A stretch of DNA of 64,000 nt from an uncultured cyanobacterium. GTDB lineage: Bacteria > Cyanobacteriota > Cyanobacteriia > Cyanobacteriales > Nostocaceae. A program made the position numbers and the translations under genes. Below, one piece after another: positions 1-9,603 of this stretch. The stretch is from positions 1,024,001 through 1,088,000 of the forward strand of contig CAVUDP010000002.1 in NCBI GenBank assembly GCA_963740315.1, in the 5' to 3' direction. The notes below the pieces were generated by a model, which saw only the letters and a program-made list of their open reading frames with translations, had not been told where the DNA came from and ran no database searches. Position 1 is the stretch's first letter. Each line of letters opens with the position of its first letter.

Positions 1-1
1 C

Positions 2-1111
2 AGTAGAGAAATTACAAATTCCTTGCTAGAGCGGGGACACGAAGTTAGCTTTCTTCATTTTGCTGCCGAAGTATCCCAAGGCTCAGAGGAGTTGAATTGT
101 CCGGAGGTACCCCTACCTTTTATTTATAAGTCTCAGGTTTACACTATTCCTACGTTTAAAGCGACTAAAGTTTTAACTGAGTCGCTACGACGGATTAAAC
201 CACACATCGTTCACGCTTCTCTGACTTTATCTCCCCTAGATTTTTTGCTGCCAGAAATCTGCGAAAAATTAAATTTACCTTTGATTGCTACTTTCCATAC
301 TCCCTTTGCTGGTAAAGGAGCAAAACTTGTATCCGGAACCCAGCTTTTGGCGTATCAATTGTATGCACCTTTTTTAGGTAATTACAATAGCACAATAGTA
401 TTTTCGCAACTTCAGCGAGAATTGCTGGCGCGTATGGGTGTACCCGCTGAAAATATTGCCGTTATTCCTAATGGAGTAGACGTTGATAAATATTCTCCCG
501 GTTTTTCAGCCGTCAAAGCCGAATTTCAAGCCGAACGTTTATTTGTCTATCAAGGTAGATTAGCCCCTGAAAAGAACGTTGAACCTTTGCTACGCGCTTG
601 GAAACAGGCTGAAATGGGATTGCAAAGTAAATTATTGATAGTTGGCGATGGTCCCCTAAGATCCGGTTTGGAGCCGTTTTACGGTCCCGAATCTGGCATT
701 ATTTGGTTGGGATTCATTGCCGATGACAATCGACGCATCGAAATATTACGGGGAGCAGATGTATTTATATTACCATCTCTAGTCGAAGGTTTATCTTTAT
801 CTCTACTAGAAGGAATGGCTTGCGGTTTGGCTTGTTTGGCTACTGATGTCGGTGCCGACGGAGAAGTACTGCAAGATGGAGCAGGTGTAGCCCTTGATAC
901 AAATAGAGTGCGATCGCAATTACGCACTTTATTGCCGTTATTCCAGGATCATCCAGAATTAGGATTGATGTTAGGACAAAAAGCACGACAGCGAGTACTA
1001 GAACGTTATACTCTCAGCAAGAATATAACTCAACTAGAAAAGCTTTATGAAGAAGTCGTGAAAAGACAAAATTTACATTTTCGTCCCCATCACACTAAAA
1101 AAGCCGTTTGA
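2..1111 (+). CDS. dgdA: GT4 glycosyltransferase, probable digalactosyldiacylglycerol synthase (5'-partial)
   Basis: Frame is open from the window edge (SREITNSLLERGHEVSFLHF); GT4 motifs GRLAPEKN and EGLSLSLLEGMACG; the N-terminus resembles cyanobacterial DgdA. Confidence 0.75.
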   Translation, partial: SREITNSLLERGHEVSFLHFAAEVSQGSEELNCPEVPLPFIYKSQVYTIPTFKATKVLTESLRRIKPHIVHASLTLSPLDFLLPEICEKLNLPLIATFHTPFAGKGAKLVSGTQLLAYQLYAPFLGNYNSTIVFSQLQRELLARMGVPAENIAVIPNGVDVDKYSPGFSAVKAEFQAERLFVYQGRLAPEKNVEPLLRAWKQAEMGLQSKLLIVGDGPLRSGLEPFYGPESGIIWLGFIADDNRRIEILRGADVFILPSLVEGLSLSLLEGMACGLACLATDVGADGEVLQDGAGVALDTNRVRSQLRTLLPLFQDHPELGLMLGQKARQRVLERYTLSKNITQLEKLYEEVVKRQNLHFRPHHTKKAV

Positions 1112-1203
1112 GTTTGACACGTTAACCTATTTTTTGTAGTGCGATCGCCAGCACCGTCATGTGCTTATGATGTCGCACTATATTTTTTTTGAGGTAAATA
1201 GGC

Positions 1204-1863
1204 GTGAATCTCGATCCAATCAAACTCAAATGGTTTCGTCGTCAATTATTAGCTTGGGGAAAACAACACCACAGAAAATTCCCTTGGCGCGATACAAAAG
1301 ACGCTTACGCTATTTTGGTAGCAGAATTCATGTTGCAAAAAACTAACGCGCCCTCAGTTGCTTCTTTGTACGAAGAATTTATAGAGCTATATCCGACAGT
1401 TGAAGCCTTAGCCGAAGCAGAATTTATCGAAATCAAAAATATTTTACAGCCTTTAGGACTTTCATTTAGAGCCGAAAGACTTTACAAAACAGCAAAAATA
1501 TTAATTGAAGAATATCAAGGGAAAATTCCGCATACAGAAGCAGAATTACTTAAATTACCCGGAGTTGGTAAATATACAGCCCGTTCAATTTGTGCCAATG
1601 CTTACGGGCAAAGTAAAGCAGTAATTGACACCAACGTAGCAAGGATTTTCGAGCGCTTCTTTGGTTTTGAAGGTGGGAGAGTAAAATCTCGTTGTCCCTT
1701 ATTATGGCAAGCAGCAGAAGAAATAGCGCCGCCTCGTAATGTGGGGATATGGAATCTGACGCTGTTTGATTTTGGTGCTGGGGTATGTACTGCAAAAAAT
1801 CCGCATTGCGATCGGTGTGTTTTGCAGAAAAGGTGTAATTATGTGAAACGTGAAAAAAATTAA
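1204..1863 (+). CDS. HhH-GPD DNA glycosylase with 4Fe-4S cluster, MIG/TDG-like (short MutY family)
   Basis: FPWR, HhH LPGVGKYTA, catalytic D in VIDTNV, C-x6-C-x2-C-x5-C; 219 aa, no MutY C-terminal NUDIX-like domain. Confidence 0.85.
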   Translation: MNLDPIKLKWFRRQLLAWGKQHHRKFPWRDTKDAYAILVAEFMLQKTNAPSVASLYEEFIELYPTVEALAEAEFIEIKNILQPLGLSFRAERLYKTAKILIEEYQGKIPHTEAELLKLPGVGKYTARSICANAYGQSKAVIDTNVARIFERFFGFEGGRVKSRCPLLWQAAEEIAPPRNVGIWNLTLFDFGAGVCTAKNPHCDRCVLQKRCNYVKREKN

Positions 1864-1864
1864 T

Positions 1865-1890
1865 GTAGAGACGTAGCACTGCTACGTCTC
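1865..1890. repeat. GTAG-type REP-like small dispersed palindrome
   Basis: GTAGAGACGTAGCA-C-TGCTACGTCTC; related copies at 7575, 31107 and 33148. Confidence 0.8.
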
Positions 1891-1992
1891 CCCGTATTTT
1901 AGGTTGTATCGAGATAATTCAATTAAATAATATATACGATTGAAATTAAGTAAGTTATCTTTATATACATCAATTAATGCAAAAGCTAAATT

Positions 1993-2472
1993 ATGGATGA
2001 AGAAGAATTGCTGCAAAGGTATGCTGCTGGGGAGCGAGATTTCAGAGGGGCTGATTTGGGTGATGCCGATTTGGAAGGGGCTAATTTGAGTGGAATCAAC
2101 CTGAGTGGAGCCGAATTGGCAGATTCCATCTTGATTAATGCTGACTTTAGTGGTTGTGATTTAACTGATGCCAATATTAGCCAAGCTTGTTTGGTAGAGA
2201 TTAACTTGAGCGGTGCTAATTTGAGCCGAGCTTGTTTGTTTATGTGTAGCTTGAGGGATGCTAATTTGAGCGGTGCCAATTTGAGTAGTGCTGACCTCAA
2301 TTTAGCCTATTTAAACGGTGCTAACCTCACGAATGCCAATCTTAGGGGTACCGATTTGAGTAACACTTCAATCAATCCCCCTAACCCTATTTACTGTAAT
2401 ACCATCATGCCAGATGGAAGCATCCGAAATGATAATTGTGTTGATGATTCGTTAAAGCCGGAGATACATTAA
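1993..2472 (+). CDS. Pentapeptide repeat protein
   Basis: YAAGERDF start, A(D/N)LxxA repeats, C-terminal TIMPDG motif. Confidence 0.9.
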   Translation: MDEEELLQRYAAGERDFRGADLGDADLEGANLSGINLSGAELADSILINADFSGCDLTDANISQACLVEINLSGANLSRACLFMCSLRDANLSGANLSSADLNLAYLNGANLTNANLRGTDLSNTSINPPNPIYCNTIMPDGSIRNDNCVDDSLKPEIH

Positions 2473-3257
2473 TTATTCTCCCACCCCAAACTAGTAGGCT
2501 GCTGATAAATCTTCTTTAAAGTATTCACATCTCTAGAAGATACCATCGGTGGGTTGCTAACTTGAGAAAAGTATAGAGCATCACCTTTATCTTTACTGTG
2601 TCCCCAAATCCCTAAAGCATGACCCAATTCGTGGCGAGCGGCTGCTAGAAGGTATTTACCTGTTTGACTGGGACTTAATAATATTGTAAATCGATGGTAT
2701 AAAATATTGTCTTTTGTATAGATTTTGTAGCGAGTTTCCGCAGAACGAGCGCGGGGGAATTTATTTCCAGGAGTAAACTTTAACGGTGGAGATTTCCGCA
2801 CAATGGTAATATCTGCCGCTTCTGGGTTTTCAACTATTTTTAAAGGTAAATAATTATTCCACTCTTCTACTGTTTGTGAGACACTATCAATCCATTGTTG
2901 CGACTGTTGGCTGTTTCCCCGTGGCGTTTCTAAGTAAACTTTAACTGGAAATTGCGACCAAATTAAATAACCATATTTAGTCGGTTTAATTTCATCGAAA
3001 TAATCACCGCTATTACCATCGTGTTGCGATCGCGCTAGGGTTGATGGTAGAGGATGAGGTTTTTGTGGTGGGATTTGAGAGATGAACTTTTTAGATGAGT
3101 ATAGCGGTACTTTTGTCAAATGAATATTTGTAAACACAGCAAAAGACTGCACGTTAGTTAAAATAACGAGCAGTGTTGTGGCGATCGCTAACAATAAAGC
3201 TATTTTTATTTGTTTAATTAAGCTTTTTGGAATATTGATTTTACCGTGTTTGCTCAT
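2469..3257 (-). CDS. Metzincin (M10/matrixin-like) zinc peptidase with N-terminal hydrophobic segment
   Basis: HELGHALGIWGH zinc-binding motif. Confidence 0.8.
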   Translation of the reverse strand: MSKHGKINIPKSLIKQIKIALLLAIATTLLVILTNVQSFAVFTNIHLTKVPLYSSKKFISQIPPQKPHPLPSTLARSQHDGNSGDYFDEIKPTKYGYLIWSQFPVKVYLETPRGNSQQSQQWIDSVSQTVEEWNNYLPLKIVENPEAADITIVRKSPPLKFTPGNKFPRARSAETRYKIYTKDNILYHRFTILLSPSQTGKYLLAAARHELGHALGIWGHSKDKGDALYFSQVSNPPMVSSRDVNTLKKIYQQPTSLGWENN

Positions 3258-3259
3258 CC

Positions 3260-3493
3260 CTAATTAGGAAGCCAACCCGCGCTTAAAACTACGGTTAAAC
3301 CGAGGAAAGTTACCGTCAGTGCCCAAGTAACCCGATTTAAGGTGTCTTCGGCGCTTTTTGTACTGCTAAATAATTGCGCTTGTCCGCCGATCGCTCCAAT
3401 TCCGTCTCCTTTGGGGCTGTGTAGCAATACTAAAATTATTAAACCAATGGCAGAAAACGACCAAATGGCTTGTACAACGTTTGAAAGGGTCAT
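3260..3493 (-). CDS. secG: Preprotein translocase subunit SecG
   Basis: Two TM helices flanking HSPKGDGIGAIGG...SAEDTLNRVTW. Confidence 0.95.
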   Translation of the reverse strand: MTLSNVVQAIWSFSAIGLIILVLLHSPKGDGIGAIGGQAQLFSSTKSAEDTLNRVTWALTVTFLGLTVVLSAGWLPN

Positions 3494-3556
3494 AAATTTA
3501 AGGGTTAGTGGTTAGTGGTTAGTTGTTAGTTGTTGGTTTACCTAGCGCTTTGTTAC

Positions 3557-3861
3557 CGCAGCTACACAAGTAAAACCTGCCTTACTGCGGGTTAAAAATC
3601 AATTAAAGCTTGTATAGGAAGCGTTAACGTAGCCTGCCCGGAGGGCATACTATATTCGCCATCTACTTCTCTAACATTTTCTAACAACTGATAATTAAAC
3701 AGATTTTAACTCAATTTTTATACTAAAACTTGAATAAAAAGTCCTGCGTTAACGGTTAGGAGTTAGCAGCTATGCAATTTATTTACTTAGAAATGTTTAA
3801 TTTAGCCCGCGCAGGCGGGCTTTGTTTGGATGGTTCCTCACTCTTATAGAGTGAGGGCGAT
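3557..3861. repeat. Cluster of cyanobacterial dispersed palindromic repeats
   Basis: AGCCCGCGCAGGCGGGCTTTGTTTG (~3803); an inverted degenerate copy (~3557-3593); hairpins CCTCACTCT-TAT-AGAGTGAGG and TGCCC-GGA-GGGCA. Confidence 0.55.
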
Positions 3862-3891
3862 TAACCATTAACAACCAACAACTAAGCAAAT

Positions 3892-5499
3892 TTAATTATT
3901 TTGCATTACCAAGTTCATGGGAGTGCGAGGAACTTTCACTTCATACTCTGAGGCTTTAAACAGCGATCTACCAGTCATTTCTGGTGGCTGGGGAAGCTGT
4001 AAAATCTCCAGAATACTCGGAGCAATATCGGATAATTTGCCGTCACTTCGTAAGGTTACATCGGCAGCGTGTCCGGCAATTTTTACTTTCTCACCTTCTA
4101 CCACAATCAAAGGAACTGGATTGGTAGTATGAGCAGTCCAAGGATTTCCTGCCTCATCCCTCATATACTCGGCGTTACCATGATCGGCTGTAATTAATGC
4201 CGTACCCCCAGCTTTACTAATTCCTCCTAACAAGCGTCCCAAACATTTATCTACCTCTTCTAAAGCTTGAACGGTAGCTTCAATGTTTCCTGTATGCCCT
4301 ACCATGTCTGGATTGGCGTAATTAACTACTATTAAGGAATAAATACGCTTTTTAATAGCTGCTAAAACTACGTCGGTGACAGCTTGGGCTGACATAGACG
4401 GTGCTTCATCGTAGGTAGCTACCATTGGAGAGCTTATCAATTCCCGATCTTCTCCTTCAAGTGCATCTTCTAATCCGCCATTGAAGAAGTAAGTTACGTG
4501 AGCGTATTTTTCGGTTTCAGCGGTACGAAACTGCTTTAAACCATGTTGAGAAATTACTTCACCAAGAATATTATCTAGATTCTGGGGCTTAAATGCTACG
4601 TCTACAGATAAATCTTGTTCGTATTGCGTAAAAGTGAGAAAAGATAGCGGTTTTATTTGCTGTCTTTCAAAACCATCAAAATCTGGCTTAACAAAAACCT
4701 GAGTTAATTGTCTGGCTCTATCGGGACGGAAGTTGAAAAATATTACCCCGTCTCCGGCTTCTACGGCTCCGGGGGCTATTCTCATGGGAACGATAAATTC
4801 ATCTGTTACCCCTTCTGCATAAGATTCTTGCACCACTTCTACAGCACTAAGGCGATCGCATCTTACGTCTTGCGTCATGACATCGTAAGCGGCTTGGATG
4901 CGATCCCAACGTTTATCTCTATCCATTGCATAGTAGCGTCCGCTGACAGTTACAATGCGTCCAACTCCTATGCGGTCTATATAATCTTGAATAAGTTTAA
5001 TTGATTCTACAGCCTCACTGGGTCTAGTATCGCGTCCGTCAGTGATAGCATGGATGCAAACTTCTGAAATTCCCCGATCTTTAGCTAAATCTAATAAGCC
5101 GAATAGATGGCTTAAGTGAGAATGTACGCCGCCTTCAGAACATAATCCTACTAAATGTAGTTTGCTCTGAGTGTCTCGCACTTCTTGACAAATCTTAACT
5201 AATGCTGGGTTTTGTTTAATCGAACCGTCTTCTACAGCATCGGAAATTCGTACCAATTCTTGAGGTACAACTCGCCCAGCACCAATATTCAAATGTCCTA
5301 CTTCTGAGTTGCCCATCTGCCCTTCTGGCAAACCTACCGCTTTTCCAGAGGTATTTATCAACGTGTTTGGATAAGCCTTCATTAAGCTATCCATCACAGG
5401 TGTTGAAGAAGCGGCAATAGCATTTCCTTTAGTCTCCTCGCAGTAACCCCATCCATCTAATATTACTAGCACCACGGGAGAAACAGGTGCTTGTGTCAT
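3892..5499 (-). CDS. gpmI: 2,3-bisphosphoglycerate-independent phosphoglycerate mutase
   Basis: ILDGWG, MGNSEVGH, DMVGHTG and TADHGNAE motifs; start set at ATG 5499 (MTQAP). Confidence 0.97.
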   Translation of the reverse strand: MTQAPVSPVVLVILDGWGYCEETKGNAIAASSTPVMDSLMKAYPNTLINTSGKAVGLPEGQMGNSEVGHLNIGAGRVVPQELVRISDAVEDGSIKQNPALVKICQEVRDTQSKLHLVGLCSEGGVHSHLSHLFGLLDLAKDRGISEVCIHAITDGRDTRPSEAVESIKLIQDYIDRIGVGRIVTVSGRYYAMDRDKRWDRIQAAYDVMTQDVRCDRLSAVEVVQESYAEGVTDEFIVPMRIAPGAVEAGDGVIFFNFRPDRARQLTQVFVKPDFDGFERQQIKPLSFLTFTQYEQDLSVDVAFKPQNLDNILGEVISQHGLKQFRTAETEKYAHVTYFFNGGLEDALEGEDRELISSPMVATYDEAPSMSAQAVTDVVLAAIKKRIYSLIVVNYANPDMVGHTGNIEATVQALEEVDKCLGRLLGGISKAGGTALITADHGNAEYMRDEAGNPWTAHTTNPVPLIVVEGEKVKIAGHAADVTLRSDGKLSDIAPSILEILQLPQPPEMTGRSLFKASEYEVKVPRTPMNLVMQNN

Positions 5500-5742
5500 A
5501 ACAAAAATACCCTTTACTTTTCTTAATATCAGAATAATACCATTGACACTCACAATCGCAAGTGAATTTTTGCCTATTAAATTCTTTTATGAAATCTTTT
5601 TACTTTTCATATATATTTCTTAAAATAATCTTGGGTTACTACATTTTTGTAACAACAGGTGATTGACATTTTAAATGCGAATAGAACGGCAATTCTCGAT
5701 CAAAATTTATTACCTAATTACCGTCCTACCAACCATCATAAA

Positions 5743-7437
5743 TTATTTACGCTTGGCTGCTGCTTTCTTTTGTTTCTCAGCTTTTTTAGCGGCTTTTTCT
5801 GCTTCAATTGCAGCTAACTTTGCTTGTTCTTTTTCTTCAGCAATTTTATCTAAATAGTAGTGATAATCTCCTAGATAAACTCGGAATTCACCATCGCGAA
5901 TTTCAACTATTTTATTAGCTACTTTGGAGATAAAATATCTATCGTGAGAAACTACAATTACGGTACCGTCATAGTTTTGTAAAGCTTCTTCAAGCATTTC
6001 TTTAGCTGGAATATCTAAGTGGTTTGTCGGCTCATCTAAAATAAGTAAATTCGCCTGACGTAATAACATTTTGGCTAATGCTAAACGTGCTTTTTCTCCA
6101 CCACTCAAAGCGGCAACGTTTTTGAATACTGTATCGCCACTAAATAAAAACTGTCCCAACAAAGTGCGTACTTGTTCGTTTTTCCAGTCGGGAACATCAT
6201 CATGGATAGTTTCCATGACAGTTTTAGTTAAATCCAAAGCTTCGGCTTGGTTTTGTTCAAAGTAATTAGGGATAACGTTGTGTTCGCCTAATTTAACCTC
6301 ACCTTCTGTAGGTTTTTCCATACCTGTAATTAGGCGTAGCAAAGTCGATTTACCCGCACCATTAGGACCTAAGAAAGCAATCCTATCGCCTCTTTCAATT
6401 AATAAATTCGCCGCCAAAAATAAGATTTTATCGTCATAAACATGAGTCAAATCTTTCATTTCCACTACTTCACGCCCGCTGCGGGGTGCTGGGGGAAATT
6501 GAAATCTTAAGGTTCTAACAGATCCAATGGGTGCTTCAACTCGTTCGATTTTATCAAGCTGTTTTTCCCGGCTTTTTGCTTGGGTACTGCGAGTAGCACT
6601 AGCGCGGAATTTCTCTACAAAGGCTTGTTGTTTATCTAATTCTTTCTGCTGACGCTCGAATGCGCTTAATTGTGCTGATTGTGCTTCAGCTTTTTGCTGT
6701 AGGTATACAGAATAATTACCAAGATAAGTTGTAGAAACACCGCGTTCGGTTTCAACAATTTGAGTACAGAGTCTATCAAGAAATTCTCGGTCGTGAGAAA
6801 CTATTACCATTGGAGTAGTTAAACCTTTGAGGTAATTTTCCAACCATTCAATAGTTTCTAAATCGAGGTGGTTTGTAGGTTCGTCCAACAGCAGTAAATC
6901 GGGTTTTTGCAGCAGGATTTTACCTAAACCCATCCGCATCTGCCAACCACCACTAAAAGAACTTACCAGGCGATCGCCATCTTCTTGCTCGAATCCCATT
7001 TCTGGTAAAATTTTGCCGATACGCGCTTCTAAGCCGTAACCGTCTAAGGCTTCAAACTGCCTTTGTAATTTATCTAATTTATTAATTAATTTATCGAGTT
7101 CGTCTGGTGAGGCGGTTTCCATATCTCGCGGCACAGTCGCCAATGCTAACTGTACCGCGTTGGCTTCTTCAAATACCGTCCAAAATTCTTCGCTGACGGT
7201 ACGAGTCGGTTCAACTTCAAATTCTTGGTTAAGATGAGCTATATGTAAGCTGTTGGGACGAATTATTTCGCCGGATGTCGGTTCCATTTCCCCAATGATA
7301 ATTTTCAACTGGGTGGACTTTCCCGCACCATTCACACCAACTAAACCAATGCGATCGCCAACTTTAACTTCCCAGTTGACATCCTTGAGAACTTCGCCAG
7401 TGGGATAAATTTTACTGATATGTTCTAGTCGTAGCAT
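5743..7437 (-). CDS. ABC-F family ATPase (ribosome-associated)
   Basis: Two ABC domains (GVNGAGKST/FSGGW, GPNGAGKST/LSGGE), LLDEPTNHLD twice, no TM domain. Confidence 0.93.
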   Translation of the reverse strand: MLRLEHISKIYPTGEVLKDVNWEVKVGDRIGLVGVNGAGKSTQLKIIIGEMEPTSGEIIRPNSLHIAHLNQEFEVEPTRTVSEEFWTVFEEANAVQLALATVPRDMETASPDELDKLINKLDKLQRQFEALDGYGLEARIGKILPEMGFEQEDGDRLVSSFSGGWQMRMGLGKILLQKPDLLLLDEPTNHLDLETIEWLENYLKGLTTPMVIVSHDREFLDRLCTQIVETERGVSTTYLGNYSVYLQQKAEAQSAQLSAFERQQKELDKQQAFVEKFRASATRSTQAKSREKQLDKIERVEAPIGSVRTLRFQFPPAPRSGREVVEMKDLTHVYDDKILFLAANLLIERGDRIAFLGPNGAGKSTLLRLITGMEKPTEGEVKLGEHNVIPNYFEQNQAEALDLTKTVMETIHDDVPDWKNEQVRTLLGQFLFSGDTVFKNVAALSGGEKARLALAKMLLRQANLLILDEPTNHLDIPAKEMLEEALQNYDGTVIVVSHDRYFISKVANKIVEIRDGEFRVYLGDYHYYLDKIAEEKEQAKLAAIEAEKAAKKAEKQKKAAAKRK

Positions 7438-7574
7438 CAAGAATCTCCAGGTAAGGGATGGTAACAGTAAGGGAACGCGCTTTCTATTGTGTCCAATCTT
7501 AACAAAATTTAACTACATTTTTCGTGTTGAAATTGTTGTATTCAGAAGAAATTTTGGTTTTATCGCAGCGAAAG

Positions 7575-7600
7575 GAGACGTTGCACTGCAACGTCTCTAC
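7575..7600. repeat. GTAG-type REP-like palindrome
   Basis: GAGACGTTGCA-C-TGCAACGTCTCTAC. Confidence 0.8.
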
Positions 7601-7629
7601 ATTAGATATTATGTTTGATTAAATCGAAT

Positions 7630-8319
7630 TCAACTAGCTTTCGCTTCGCTCCCCTTAGATTCAACCGCAGCTGCTAATCTATCCACACCAGCTTGAACTA
7701 TTTGAGCCACATCAGTTAAAGGCATTTTATTTAATTGTCGAAGAATTACTGCTAAATCTGAAGGTTCTGAAGGTTCTGATGCAGGCTTTATTCCTAAATC
7801 ACCAAACAATTCTTCTATGGAATATTCTGCCCTTTGAGCAATTTTCGCTAAATTTTGAATGTCTGGAATAGAAACGCCTCTTTCCCATGCTTGTACGGTG
7901 GTGTAGGAAACACCTAAAAATTTCGCAAACGCTCTTTGACTCATTGAGCCACGAGCTTGTCTAGTAATTTTACTCAATTTATCTACATAAGGCTTATCTA
8001 ATTTAGTTTTCGACTGTTTAATTAATGTGTGATTTAAGCAGGGTAAAAAATGCTTAATCATCGCTTCTTCGATTTGAGGAAGCAAGGATTCATCGTTGCA
8101 ACTTAGCCATGCAATACGAACGTTTCCTATTTCTTTTAATTCCAAATATCTATGATGTCCAAGCCATTTATTGGCTATATTTATTGAACGCCCAATATAA
8201 AGAATTTCTCCACTTTTTGCAATTGCAAAGTAAATTGCTGATACTTGAGGTAGTTTATGCTTTTCTAAAAGAGGAACTGAAGGTAAATCTAAAGGATTAA
8301 TAGCTAAAAAGTGATCCAT
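7630..8319 (-). CDS. GIY-YIG domain fused to XRE-family HTH regulator
   Basis: AIYF...LYIGRS, HHR, EEAMI..F.PCLN (GIY-YIG); MSQRAFAKFLGVSYTTVQAWERG (HTH_3). Confidence 0.8.
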   Translation of the reverse strand: MDHFLAINPLDLPSVPLLEKHKLPQVSAIYFAIAKSGEILYIGRSINIANKWLGHHRYLELKEIGNVRIAWLSCNDESLLPQIEEAMIKHFLPCLNHTLIKQSKTKLDKPYVDKLSKITRQARGSMSQRAFAKFLGVSYTTVQAWERGVSIPDIQNLAKIAQRAEYSIEELFGDLGIKPASEPSEPSDLAVILRQLNKMPLTDVAQIVQAGVDRLAAAVESKGSEAKAS

Positions 8320-8428
8320 TAAACTTTCAGGACTATAAAAATTAATTTTTTAAAATATTATCATTTTCCTAAAAAATAATCGATTGACCTTGAAAACAAA
8401 AATCATTAATACAAGCAATAGTATTTCT

Positions 8429-8791
8429 CTAACTTGCTTTTGCTTCATTCGCTGTAGACTCAGCAGCAGCAGCTAATCTATCCATAATGGCTTTACCGAC
8501 AATTGCTGCTTGAGACAATGGCATATTACTAACTTGCTTCAAAACTACACTCAATTCAGAAGCTTCAGGTATACGTTTTCCTTCTAGATGAGAAAATAAT
8601 TCTTCAAAAGTATAACCAGCACGAGCAGCGATTGAAGCCAAATTAGCGGTGTCTGGAACTTTTTCTCCTTTCTCCCAGGATAGGACAGATGTTGCAGAAA
8701 CTCCTAGTTCTTTACCAAAAGCCCGTAGGCTCATCTCGCCGCGAGCTAGCTTAATTACTTCTATTAGTTTTTGTCTAGCTTGTGTATCCAC
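8429..8791 (-). CDS. XRE-family HTH transcriptional regulator
   Basis: MSLRAFGKELGVSATSVLSWEKG; GTG start; paralog of its neighbours. Confidence 0.88.
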   Translation of the reverse strand: MDTQARQKLIEVIKLARGEMSLRAFGKELGVSATSVLSWEKGEKVPDTANLASIAARAGYTFEELFSHLEGKRIPEASELSVVLKQVSNMPLSQAAIVGKAIMDRLAAAAESTANEAKAS

Positions 8792-8860
8792 GTTTGAAGA
8801 GTTTAACTTAACTATAAAAATTGAAAACTTTCGTTTCTATATTACAAGTTTAATTTTTTA

Positions 8861-8889
8861 TTGACAGCTTTGTCTGTGAGGTGTATTGT
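8861..8889 (+). promoter_or_regulatory. Sigma70-type promoter divergent from the XRE gene
   Basis: TTGACA-N17-TATTGT; the surrounding block is duplicated at ~9425-9465. Confidence 0.5.
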
Positions 8890-9014
8890 TAATCTTAGCT
8901 AACTAAAGTCAATGTAAGGGGACAGAATAGTTGCTCTTTTAATTCAGTATTAAGTTACATCATGACTAAAAGGGATTTTCCAATTAGCGTAATGCCACTA
9001 ATAACAATAAAAAC

Positions 9015-9377
9015 TTAACTCGCTTTTGCCTCGTCACTCACTGATTGAGTGGAAGCAGCAAATCGAGCAGCACCGGCTTGCACTATCTGAGCCACTTCAG
9101 ACAAAGGCATATTATTGATTTGTCTGAGAATCACATTTAAGTCAGAAGCTTCTGGAACTGGTTTTCCTTCCAGACAACATAATAATTCTTCAAGAGTGTA
9201 GCCAGCATGAGCGGCGATTTGAGCCAAGTTTTCCGTGTCTGGAGTTTTAGCTCCTTTCTCCCACATTTGAACGGCTGTTGCGGAAACTCCCAACTTCTTT
9301 CCGAAAGCACGCTGACTTAACGAACCGCGAGCTAATTTTATTATTTCTATAAGTTTTTGTCTGCTTTTTGTATCCAC
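9015..9377 (-). CDS. XRE-family HTH transcriptional regulator
   Basis: LSQRAFGKKLGVSATAVQMWEKG; GTG start. Confidence 0.88.
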   Translation of the reverse strand: MDTKSRQKLIEIIKLARGSLSQRAFGKKLGVSATAVQMWEKGAKTPDTENLAQIAAHAGYTLEELLCCLEGKPVPEASDLNVILRQINNMPLSEVAQIVQAGAARFAASTQSVSDEAKAS

Positions 9378-9603
9378 GTTTAAAGGCGATCGCTAATTAA
9401 CTATAAAAATCAAACAATGACTGTTTCCATGTTACAAGTTTAATTTTTCTGTTGACAGCTTTATCCGTTTCATGCAACTATAGTTTTATCGACAAAACTG
9501 GAGTTACAGCTGAAATGGTTGCTCTTTTCATCTACTAAATTTTTCAGAATCCATAGAATCTACTAATTCATCGGTTATTTCTGCGAATCAAACGGGTTGC
9601 ATC

